Below are positions 47,104 to 56,753 of a stretch of 64,000 nt of DNA, one piece after another; positions within the stretch are counted from its first letter, which is position 1, and every line of letters starts with the position of its first letter. Under the pieces are notes generated by a model. That model ran no database searches. It saw only the letters and a list, made by a program, of their open reading frames with translations, and was not told the DNA's origin. Origin of the DNA: a virus (taxonomy: Duplodnaviria; Caudoviricetes); the IMG/VR virus record IMGVR_UViG_3300011701_000001, positions 1 through 64,000 of that record; one strand, given 5' to 3'. The position numbers and the translations under genes were made by a program.

Positions 47104-47754
47104 TCATAAGGATTTAACATAATGACCATATAGCAGTCTATATGAATCTAAACGAGACAGGTTTGACAGGTTTTTAATATAGTCTGGATAACTATCTAAA
47201 ATCTCTATATTGTCTTCACATGTACCGTGAATAACCTGAACACCATCATAAATACAACCATTCTTTTCTTTGTCGAACTCATAATAATCTTCGTGTTCTA
47301 CTAAATAAGGTTTAACAAGGTTAAAGATGAAACCTCTGTCCTTTGTAGAGTTTGTATTCATGATAAGTTGTTTATTACTTCTTTTGGAGAAAAATTCTAA
47401 TGTGTAAGCTTCATCAACTTGACTTGCATTATCTACGAATGTGTAATCAAACTTTCTACCAACAAGTTCTTCTGGTGTTAAAAAAGATAACGTGGCACCA
47501 TTCTTCATAATAAGAAATAACTCTGGTTTATTCTCATAATGAATTTCTTTCGATAGAATTTCTTTAGAGGTGGTAAACACTCCACCATATGTTTTTAGGT
47601 CTGGTTTGTTTCTCATGACTACAGCACAAGAATTACCTTCTAATAAATATTTTTTTAACTTGAGCAGTCCTGTATAAGAACCACCTTTTCCTGCACCACC
47701 TGTATAGATGACAACAGAAGCTCCACTGTTTAAAAACAGTTGAATACTCTTCAT
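47104..47754 (-). CDS. Truncated TerL ATPase-domain paralog with degenerate catalytic motifs
   Basis: Co-linear with TerL residues ~20-290; Walker A K>G, Walker B DE>DN; no nuclease domain. Confidence 0.8.
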   Translation of the reverse strand: MKSIQLFLNSGASVVIYTGGAGKGGSYTGLLKLKKYLLEGNSCAVVMRNKPDLKTYGGVFTTSKEILSKEIHYENKPELFLIMKNGATLSFLTPEELVGRKFDYTFVDNASQVDEAYTLEFFSKRSNKQLIMNTNSTKDRGFIFNLVKPYLVEHEDYYEFDKEKNGCIYDGVQVIHGTCEDNIEILDSYPDYIKNLSNLSRLDSYRLLYGHYVKSL

Positions 47755-47790
47755 TTTAAATATCCTTAATAGGAAGTTAATATTTTGTTG

Positions 47791-48045
47791 TTAATATAAC
47801 GTACTCTTAAACACCAACATGTCCAAAACCTCTTTAGAGAAACCTACGTGTCTCTCAACCTCTATTCCTTGAGATTCTAAACAGATTGTTGGAACATTCT
47901 TGACTTTGTTGTTCTTCCCTTCTTCTGGGGATTCATCAACATCGACAATTAAATATTTCATGTAAGGGTAATACTTATCAAGATACTTAATTGTTTGAGC
48001 ACAAGGAGAACACCAATGAGAAACATATATCTTCATTTCAAACAT
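47791..48045 (-). CDS. Thioredoxin/glutaredoxin-like protein
   Basis: WCSPC active site and VPT cis-Pro motif; start MFEMK after an AAGGA RBS. Confidence 0.85.
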   Translation of the reverse strand: MFEMKIYVSHWCSPCAQTIKYLDKYYPYMKYLIVDVDESPEEGKNNKVKNVPTICLESQGIEVERHVGFSKEVLDMLVFKSTLY

Positions 48046-48069
48046 TGTATTGTCCTTGCATTTAGAATA

Positions 48070-48765
48070 AAAACACAACACTCACAACACAGGAGAATCG
48101 TACACTGAGTTACCTTTATAATCATTATGTAAGGCTTATTTTATTCGATGTGTGTACTATGTGTGAGGTTGCTAGGAGTAATCGTAAATAAATTTACTCA
48201 AAGTAATCGTTGTCAGTCTTTCCTGACAGTCATCTTACCTATTGCAAATCCAATCACGTTATGGAAGGATAGGTTGTGTTACCTTTCGATAAGACATTTA
48301 AAAGCATTCTGTTCCGAAGAACAACACCTCCGTCAGTACGTGACAACCGATAGATGTTTTTCACACATTACCTAAATTACAACACGTTGCAACTAAGATT
48401 AGTAATGTATTTTTCAATCCGCATTTAAAGTGGCGGAACACTCACAATCCAAGCAGAGAATCAATTCTTGTGCAAGGTTGCTAATGACCTAAGATACCAA
48501 ACTAACCGCGCTTGGGGTTAACCTTTATGTACTTCTACAAAAGCTCTTAGGTGCTACTGAGTCATGCCTAAACGGCTAAAATGTTGTCAGTTATTAAGGA
48601 CTCTGACAAACCTGATGGTAACTGCTACTTACCCTGTGTTATTCCACTCTTATCGTGATGCCACACAGTTCGGCTGACACAGGCTCAATTTATGTTTAAA
48701 CTCAGCTTGAGCTAATTAGCGGAGTACCCGATTCAGAACGTCAATTTGATAAGCCCTGAATCTTG
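48070..48765 (-). ncRNA. Putative large structured non-coding RNA / leader
   Basis: No credible ORF; many hairpins including C(UUCG)G and GAAA tetraloops on the minus strand; duplicated stem modules. Confidence 0.55.
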
Positions 48766-48768
48766 TTC

Positions 48769-48867
48769 TTAAAACAAGAAAATGTAGTAAGGGTAAATAG
48801 AGTAAAATAATACTGAGATAATTAAAAACCAGACAATTACTTTCTCCCAAGTTGTTAATGCTCTCAT
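48769..48867 (-). CDS. 32-aa hydrophobic peptide MRALTTWEKVIVWFLIISVLFYSIYPYYIFLF
   Basis: Manual ORF with a weak GAG RBS; single TM helix. Confidence 0.5.
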   Translation of the reverse strand: MRALTTWEKVIVWFLIISVLFYSIYPYYIFLF

Positions 48868-49056
48868 GTTATCTCAATATAATTTAATATTTTATTAAAT
48901 AAGGAATCCCTGCTTACCAATTACGTGAAGGATTCCGAAACTTTGAATTAAATGCCACTTCACGTAGTAGCCACGTTATCCCATGTGGAAGTTAATCTCA
49001 TGACAGGGAGTAATTGTTTATCTATTGCGACAGTGTTTGTCGTCTTGATAAAGTGA

Positions 49057-49085
49057 ATCATACAGAAGTTGAATGTCTATGTCAA
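49057..49085 (-). promoter_or_regulatory. Sigma70-type promoter driving the leader and morphogenesis operon
   Basis: TTGACA-17 bp-TATGAT. Confidence 0.8.
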
Positions 49086-49163
49086 TACCTTTACGTAAAA
49101 ACAATAAAAGTATTTTTTCAATAGGTTTTAACAATAATATTTAATTATTTATTAAATATTATA

Positions 49164-50431
49164 CTATTCCAATAACCACCTTTCTTTTGTAATTAAATCA
49201 ACACTAATCATATCTTTAACACATGATAGCACCAATAAATCTTCATCTTTATGTTGTACACCCATTAGAGAATCTTCTAAAACCATAAAGTTAAACTCTA
49301 CAGTGTAATCAACTTCCAATTGCAACACCTTATCTAAGTTGTATTTATCAATCAAAGCAATACTCCTGTAAATAAAAACTTAAGACGTTGCCAGAAAGTT
49401 AAAGTGTTAATCTTATTAATTGTCTCTTGGGTTGTATTGAAACTGTCAGTTAGTGCTTCAACCTCAGCCAGCAAATCATTTTTATACTTAACAAGTGTCT
49501 CGTTTGTCTTTAAAGCTCCATTAAGACGCTCTTCTTGTAAACGACACAACTCTTTATAATCATTCAAAGCCTTTAACTCTAAACCAAACACTTCTCTAAC
49601 ATCTTCTGTCATAGCAATGTAATACTCTTGTTTGTCGCCTCTACGATAGAATACACGATGTTCTACGGGGATTTGTTGTACTGTAATAAATTCTTTTGTT
49701 GGGCTATCACCACCTAGATTATATACAGGAACAGAATCGCATCTTCGTTCATAGAAATCTATATGATCTTGAGCAACTACTCGCTTCTCTTTAACGACTG
49801 TGTACAACGTAACTTCTTTCACTGACTGTCTCCTAAATTATCAACATACTCTTGCAACGTACCTTTAGTGTACTCATGAGTAATCAGTAAATTACCATCA
49901 CTATTACCACAAAACAACACACCATCTTTCCAGAAATAAGATTTAAAATTATCACCATCTTGCTCTACATGAAACAAGTAGTAATCACCTTTAACTAATT
50001 CTGATACATCCTTAGTCATAAATTCATCATCAATTATTTCATTGATATTTTCATCAAATAAAGCATTCATTCTACAACTCCTTCATTCAATAATAACACA
50101 CATACCATCATACCAAGCCTCTTTTATCTCGTGTATATCGTTCGCATAATCACAATCATAAGTGTAAACTTCAACATCTCCATGTTTTACTTTATATTCC
50201 TCAAGAAGCTCTACTAATTCACTAATCTTCATATCAGCACCCCTACTTAGTATATTCCATATATGTTTGCACTAAACAAAACACAAAGAATATAGCATAC
50301 ACAATACCAATAATAATAGCTGATGTTAAATCTACACTAACAACATTGTTCTTTAGCAATATAAACAGAACAAATCCTGTTAAAAGTAGTAGCACATCAA
50401 CAAACAAATAAAAATATAAAAACATTAACAT
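49164..50431 (-). other. Five small hypothetical genes (49164-49355, 49352-49822, 49819-50070, 50083-50232, 50243-50431 membrane protein)
   Basis: Coupled ORFs with RBSs. Confidence 0.6.
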
Positions 50432-50985
50432 CTCCTTTAAATTAAGTTAAAGAAGTTATAGCACAACAATAAACAACAATGCAATACCTATTTAATTAAT
50501 AATTTTATTATTTACATTGCTGTTAATGAACACAAACGATAGTGAAGTGTGAATGTTATAGCAATCATTAGAGACTGCAACGCAGACGATAATGCAATCT
50601 AAAAGTATCCAATACAGAATATACATTCTGTTAGCACCAAACAACAATTACTTTATCCGACAGGATAACATTGTGTTGAATATTCTAACTGTGTACGACT
50701 CTGTAGTTTCTATAGTGTAGAACACCCTTTAAGTATCCTTTTAGTTTTATGGATTTGTTTGATTACGACAACAATCCCTTTTTCCTTTAGTGTTATTGTT
50801 GGTGTTGTCTGCACGATATTACTATCCGTAGGATGGTATTCTGTGCTTATTAACTAACAGTGTTATAGTAATATCATACTCAATAGTGTTATAAGGCTCT
50901 TAAAAATTTATTGAAGTAAGTATTTGATTATTATATTAATATTTTTAGTATAAACCAGAAAAAAGCAAACGTCTTGCTTTTAGTG

Positions 50986-51014
50986 TTGACACTTAATTTA
51001 TAAAACACTACTAT
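50986..51014 (+). promoter_or_regulatory. Sigma70-type promoter at the start of the plus-strand arm
   Basis: TTGACA-17 bp-TACTAT. Confidence 0.75.
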
Positions 51015-51043
51015 TCCACTTTAATTAACTTTAGGAGTGTGGA

Positions 51044-52435
51044 GTGAATAGACCTAAGATAACTGTTTTAGATGCCATTATGGGTAACAGTAAAACACAA
51101 AGACTGAAAGAGATTATGTTGAAATTAGAAAATCCTGTCCTGTATATAACACCTTTATTAACAGAATCTATGTCTGTTGTTGGTATTGTTTATGATGAAG
51201 ATGGTAATCAGGTTAAATCTGATGATGGTGTTTACATGTATAATGAGAACAACCCATTGTGTGCTAAAAGATTTAAGATTCCTAATACAAAGAATAAGAA
51301 TAACAGTAAATTAGACAGTTTGGATTTTCTTGTTAGTAAAGGTTACAACATTAGTAGTACACATAAGTTATTCAGCATGTTAACACCAGATATTGCTGAG
51401 AAGTTTGTTGAGAAAAAGTATGTCTTGGTTGTTGATGAAAGTTTAAGTTGTTGGAATAACTTAGCTTTGTTTGATGCTTTCTCTGACGATATGAGAAGAA
51501 TCTCTGAGGATGAAAAGTCTGATCAAAAGGGTGGTGCTACTTCAAGGACAGATAAAGAAGTTCTTGGTTTAATAGAAACAGGAAGTATTGTCGTTGACCC
51601 TGTTGGTTTGTTACACTGGGACTCTGAATCAGAGTATGTACCTAAGGAGGGGATGATTCATTATAACCTAAAGATTCTGTGTGACATGAAGCAGTTGTAC
51701 TTATCTAATGGTAAGGTCGTTTTTTGGGAATTGACTGCTGACCTTATGAAATCTTTCTCTGAGATTTATATTGGTACTTACATGTTTGAGGCAAGCATAA
51801 TGTCACATTATATGGATGTACATAACTTAGAGTATGAGGTTATTAAATTTGGACACAAACCTTCTTTCTACAAAACTTACATTGACATAGTACAAGGCAA
51901 GATGAATGATGTTGGTGAGGGTAAATTTGCACTGTCCTATAGTAAGTTGGAAGGTAAAACTAGAGTTAAAGAAAGTACAAAAGAAACACGAAACACTTTA
52001 AAGAAAAACTTAGATAACTTCTTTAAGAATCGTTGTAAAACCAAAAAAGAGTTTAATCTTTGGACGACTTATATTGATGCTAAGAACTCCATAATGAACT
52101 CCCGATGTAATATTAATTTTGTACCTTACAATATTAAGGCTACCAACGATTATCGACACTGTACAAGTGTTGCATATTTGGTTAACAATTTTCCGAATAC
52201 TTTCTTGGTTGCTATGATCACTAAGAGAAATCAGAAGCGTAAGTTTGATCAAGACATGTGGGCTTTAAGTGAAATGTTACAAATGATTTTCAGAAGTGCA
52301 ATACGTGGCGATAAGGAAAAAGGTGATGAAAGTAGGTATATTAAACTTTATATCCCTTCACAACGTATGAGAAATTTGCTAGAATCTTGGTTAAATGATG
52401 AATTTGAGGAGAAAACTTTTGATAATAAGTGTTGA
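51044..52435 (+). CDS. SF2 helicase-like / origin-binding-type ATPase with degenerate Walker A
   Basis: VLDAIMGNSKT, YITP..TE, STH.LF, LVVDE, Q.IFRSAIR motifs. Confidence 0.7.
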   Translation: MNRPKITVLDAIMGNSKTQRLKEIMLKLENPVLYITPLLTESMSVVGIVYDEDGNQVKSDDGVYMYNENNPLCAKRFKIPNTKNKNNSKLDSLDFLVSKGYNISSTHKLFSMLTPDIAEKFVEKKYVLVVDESLSCWNNLALFDAFSDDMRRISEDEKSDQKGGATSRTDKEVLGLIETGSIVVDPVGLLHWDSESEYVPKEGMIHYNLKILCDMKQLYLSNGKVVFWELTADLMKSFSEIYIGTYMFEASIMSHYMDVHNLEYEVIKFGHKPSFYKTYIDIVQGKMNDVGEGKFALSYSKLEGKTRVKESTKETRNTLKKNLDNFFKNRCKTKKEFNLWTTYIDAKNSIMNSRCNINFVPYNIKATNDYRHCTSVAYLVNNFPNTFLVAMITKRNQKRKFDQDMWALSEMLQMIFRSAIRGDKEKGDESRYIKLYIPSQRMRNLLESWLNDEFEEKTFDNKC

Positions 52436-54609
52436 CAAAGAGATGTCTAAAATAAAAGAAAATCTTTGGAAGTTGCTGTACGATGATCTGTATATTGTTA
52501 TAAATAGAACATATGCAATCAGAGTTACCAAAGATGGAAAAGACATTTGGTTTGAGGTTCAGAATGAACCTTTAATGTCTGGTCGGTATTTATATGCAAC
52601 AAATGACCTTAGAGAGTGTCTTTCGTGGTGCTGTGATAATTTGGATATAGATTTAAATTTTTATTAAATATTAGGAGAAATAAGTGTCTTACGGTAAGAT
52701 TATCCCAACAAACAAAGTTGTTGATGAAGTTTATGAGGAACATGTTAAACATAATGATAATGGGTTATTAACAAACAAGTTGAAATGCAATGTTAAACTC
52801 AATGTAGAACAAGTTGCAGATATTATTTGTTTGTATATTTTTGGTGTTCCAACACTACGCCTCAAAGATGTTTACGAGTATAATGTTGATGGGGTGATTC
52901 ATCGAAGTAGTTATCGAAACATTAAGATTCCATTTCAAAAATCACGTAAGAAGAAACTTGGTAAGATGGTTTTCACTTATGATAAAGAATTAGTTGAAGA
53001 GCACTTTAACTCTCTACCAGAGCATCTTAAAGGGTTGTCTGATGGAATTATTCGAGAAGATCGTCTAGTGAAAGTTACAAAGATTCTTAAGAGTGAAATG
53101 TGGATTTAATTAAATAGGAGATTGTTATGGGTAAGATAAAAAACATGTTATTAAGCCTAATTCATTTTCTAAAGCTTTACAGTATAACGGAGATAATACC
53201 ACATAAGTTTCCTGTGCCATATCAAGTATTACCTGAAACACGAAAGTTTAAGTTATATGAGATGGTTTGGTGGCGAAGTGAGAAGTGGTGGATTAAGAGT
53301 ATTCACTGCACTTGTTACGGAGATTGTGAGGTGTGTTGGTTAGAGTTGGAAAACTATCCTTGCAAATGCAGTTCACACAATATACAATACGTTAATAGTC
53401 GAGAAGTTAAGAAGATAATTAGGTGTGGAGAATCGAATGTACAAAGTTGGTGATACAGTGATGTTGGTCAAGATACTGGACAGTGAAGAACGAGGAACAT
53501 TGACAGGTAAAGTTCCTTTAAGAACTAAAGGTGTTGTTAGTTATGTTTTTAAAGATAGTGTAGCTATTGATGATTATGTCTGGTATTTTGATGAGATCAA
53601 ATTAGTTGTTCGTGGAGAAATAAATGCTAACAATGTTGTATGATGCAGACACACTAAAACCACAATTGCTGATTAGTGAAGATATTGAGAATGGTGATAT
53701 TGGTAAGAAGTTTTGGGTGATTAATGGTTGTTGGGATGGAACATTCAATGGTGATAGTATTATTGTTCATCACCCATATTATGAAGATCATATTCCTAGT
53801 ACGATATACAAGTGTTATAAGTTTAAATCTAAACCACCTGAAGAATACTATGAGTTGTACGAATCATATTACCCAGAAGATTTTCATGGTAGAATCTCCT
53901 ATGAGCCGTGGTTTTCACACTTTAATGATTTAGTTGAGAAGGGAGAAATAATTAAATGAAAGAGTTTTCAAGAGTCTTGTATGGTAAAAAGTACACAGTT
54001 AGGAAAGGTGTTGTGTATGATCTGCTTATAGATGATGTATGGGTTAATTCTTCAAATAGTTTAGATAATATTCGTGGAGAGTTATTTGAATCTCTGTTGA
54101 ATAGGTTGTACGAGGTTAGTCTTGGACAAGTGGTATTGAAGTCAGAGATCATTGAGTGTTATTATAAGGCAGAATTATTTATAGCTTGTTTTAAGCAAGA
54201 TTTGGAGAGTTGAGTGAAATTAATTGATGATTTAGAAGCTACAAGAAATATTGCAATGATGCAACCTGATGGGAAAGATGTTAGATTTCTTAGTGACGTA
54301 ATCCTTGTTAACCATAAAGGAAGTTTGAGGAAAGTTTTAGATTACTTGAGTAAGTATGAGTTTTCTGTGCGGGAACAACAAGGTGTTGCTATTAAAGGTG
54401 ATCATAATATTATCGTTAAGATTTACGATTCGATGAGTGATGATAATAACGGTCTTTGTGGTATTGAAATTCTTAAGGTTTACATTTATGATGCTGAAAT
54501 AGACTTGGATGGTTTGTATTATTGTAGCACAAGAAAACGTTGTGATTTCGGAAGTCTTAGTAGACTGGCGTTTATATATGAATCAGATGGTTTTAGGGTA
54601 ATTAATTGA
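52395..54609 (+). other. Seven hypothetical genes (52395-52667, 52684-53109, 53127-53453, 53425-53643, 53624-53959, 53956-54213, 54214-54609)
   Basis: ORF track; RBSs; tight packing. Confidence 0.6.
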
Positions 54610-54693
54610 GGTGTATCTAACAGTACGGTGATAAATAAAATGTACACTTATAAATGATAGTTTTAGTAAAATATTTTACCTTAAGGAGACATA

Positions 54694-55368
54694 ATGAGTT
54701 ATCACAAAATAAAGATATGTAAACACGATGTAAAAAGCCCTTTTAAACTGCAAGAAGAGTTTTTTGAATATTTGGATGCTGTAGCTAATAAAAACCCCAT
54801 TATGGCTGTTCAGGAGCTTTCTGACTTGTATGGCTGTTTGGAGAATGAAATATCCAAATATGGTATGTCTGTTGAAGACTTGAAAAAGATGTCTGAATTA
54901 ACGAAAAGTGTTTTTAAATCTGGCTTGCGTAAAAGCACACCATTCATCGAATATTTGAAAGATAACAGTGATAGTATTAAGTGTTTTGGACTTGGTTTTG
55001 TTCAGGTTAAATGTGGTGAGTTTAATTATAACTTTTACTCTGATAAAATTGAAAAGTTTTTAAACCATAAAGCACCTCATAATCACCAGCAAGATTTTGT
55101 TGGCGAAATCCTAAAAGGTGAGTTGAAAGAGACTCTTTATAATTTTGAAGAAGGTGTTTCAATAAAACACACAAAAGGTGAGTTGTATTTAAGGTTGAAA
55201 GATGAGTATCATTCTGTGTTAGGTGCTCACGGAACGGTGACTAAAGTGTACAGGATGGGTTCAAAATCTGACGCTTATGATTTATCGGAAAATACCTTGC
55301 ACAATAATACAATTGACTATAGTGTAGATCAGCTTTGGAGTATTGTAGAGGATGTTTGGAATGTATGA
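54694..55368 (+). CDS. MazG-like NTP pyrophosphatase domain fused to a cupin-like domain
   Basis: KLQEEFFEYLDA...ELSDLYG (EE..E...E..D MazG motif); PHNH..DF..EILKG.L.E...YHSV cupin motif. Confidence 0.65.
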   Translation: MSYHKIKICKHDVKSPFKLQEEFFEYLDAVANKNPIMAVQELSDLYGCLENEISKYGMSVEDLKKMSELTKSVFKSGLRKSTPFIEYLKDNSDSIKCFGLGFVQVKCGEFNYNFYSDKIEKFLNHKAPHNHQQDFVGEILKGELKETLYNFEEGVSIKHTKGELYLRLKDEYHSVLGAHGTVTKVYRMGSKSDAYDLSENTLHNNTIDYSVDQLWSIVEDVWNV

Positions 55369-55891
55369 AATAGATTTAAAAGTTTTGTATGAAGCTTTAA
55401 ACCACTATAAAGAACTTGGTTATAAGATGATACCAGCACCTTTATTGGTTGATGAAGATATTGTTTCTTTAACACTACCTGAAGGACGTAAAGCAAAAGA
55501 ACATATAAATGGTTTGTTTTATGTTGGTAGTGCTGAACAATCAGCATATCAATTATACAAAGACGGAGTTCTTAGTTCAGGTAAATACATGCTATTAACA
55601 CCGTGCCAAAGGGATGAAGATATTTTAGATGAAACTCACCTAGAAATATTTTTAAAACTGGAGTTAATATCTTTAGGTGGTGAGTATTCCTCGATATTGA
55701 ATGATGTTTTATCTTTCTATAATAATGACAAATGTGTTGTTATTAATACCTCACAAGGAGAAGATATAAATATTAATGATATAGAGGTTGGTAGTTTCGG
55801 AAGCAGAATTTTTATGGGGACAAATTTCTGTTTTGGTACAGGAATAGCTCTACCAAGATATACACAAGCAATTAATAGGAGTGCAGCATAA
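55352..55891 (+). CDS. Stand-alone class II aminoacyl-tRNA synthetase catalytic core (SerRS-like)
   Basis: Motif 1 GY..I.AP, GSAEQS, motif 2 TPCQRDE...F.KLEL, EVGS.G, motif 3 GTGIALPR. Confidence 0.75.
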   Translation: MFGMYEIDLKVLYEALNHYKELGYKMIPAPLLVDEDIVSLTLPEGRKAKEHINGLFYVGSAEQSAYQLYKDGVLSSGKYMLLTPCQRDEDILDETHLEIFLKLELISLGGEYSSILNDVLSFYNNDKCVVINTSQGEDININDIEVGSFGSRIFMGTNFCFGTGIALPRYTQAINRSAA

Positions 55892-56407
55892 ATGCGTATT
55901 CAGAAAGGAAAGGTTAGATTTAATAAGCGAGAGCTTTGGAACTTAGATAAACACCTCTCTAGAGTTATTGTTCAGGGGTTGGAACAGTTTAAGGGTATTC
56001 GCAAGAATACAATCCCACCTAACTTAGTTACTGAGGATGTTGATCCTGAAACGGGTAAAGAGGTTTATTGGGATTATTCTAGTGAATATTGTGAGGAACA
56101 ATGGCAAGAGTTGTTAGATAAGATGATCTTTGCTTTCACAGAACATCCAACATATTTTAATATTGAACCTTATGATTTTCATTACGATGACTTATCACAC
56201 CCTGAGAAGTTTCCTCCTGTTGTTTGGGAAGATCACCCTGTTTATGGTAAAGTTACTGAGTGGAGACAAATTCTAAAAGAAGGTGTCACACAAGAGGAAG
56301 TTGATGCTTGGTGGGAACGTAGTCGAGCATACGATGCTAAGATTAAGCGTAAGGTAAATGAAGGGCGAGAGTTGTTCATCAAATATTTTGATGACTTGTG
56401 GGATTGA
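55892..56407 (+). CDS. Hypothetical phage protein
   Basis: WNLD..L...W...LDKMIFAF...G.ELF..YF..LWD pattern common in phages. Confidence 0.7.
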   Translation: MRIQKGKVRFNKRELWNLDKHLSRVIVQGLEQFKGIRKNTIPPNLVTEDVDPETGKEVYWDYSSEYCEEQWQELLDKMIFAFTEHPTYFNIEPYDFHYDDLSHPEKFPPVVWEDHPVYGKVTEWRQILKEGVTQEEVDAWWERSRAYDAKIKRKVNEGRELFIKYFDDLWD

Positions 56408-56451
56408 TTTAAAAATCAGGATTAAGTTTAGAGTATTATTAGGAGTAAATA

Positions 56452-56691
56452 GTGGAAATTAAAGTGCATGAAAAGAGTGGTGATTACTTCACGGTAATCG
56501 AATTAGAGGGTGTTGATACAGATTGGGGAGCAATACACGGTATCTATACTTGTAGTTGTCACTGTATCCACCTTAAAACAGACCTAGATACTTTCATCTA
56601 TGTGTATGGTGCAACTACAGATTGTGTTGAGGAGGTTGCAAATAATATGGTTGAAGTAATTAACTCTAGAAAGTCACACAAAATATATTGA
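56452..56691 (+). CDS. Hypothetical protein
   Basis: ORF track; RBS. Confidence 0.6.
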   Translation: MEIKVHEKSGDYFTVIELEGVDTDWGAIHGIYTCSCHCIHLKTDLDTFIYVYGATTDCVEEVANNMVEVINSRKSHKIY

Positions 56692-56716
56692 CACAGATTT
56701 CAAAATTATGTATATT
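56688..56716 (+). promoter_or_regulatory. Sigma70-type promoter
   Basis: TTGACA-17 bp-TATATT. Confidence 0.7.
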
Positions 56717-56753
56717 TGTGTCTCTTTAATATTATCGAACAAAGGATTTAAAA

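Noticed and set aside
48148-48375. 75-aa plus-strand ORF
   Set aside because: Antisense to the local transcription, no RBS, no recognisable features.
48060-49050. Group I/II intron, tmRNA, RNase P RNA or CRISPR array in the long leader
   Set aside because: I could not find group II domain V, group I P7, tRNA-like ends, the RNase P GAGGAAAGUCC motif, or regularly spaced repeats. An Rfam search is still needed.
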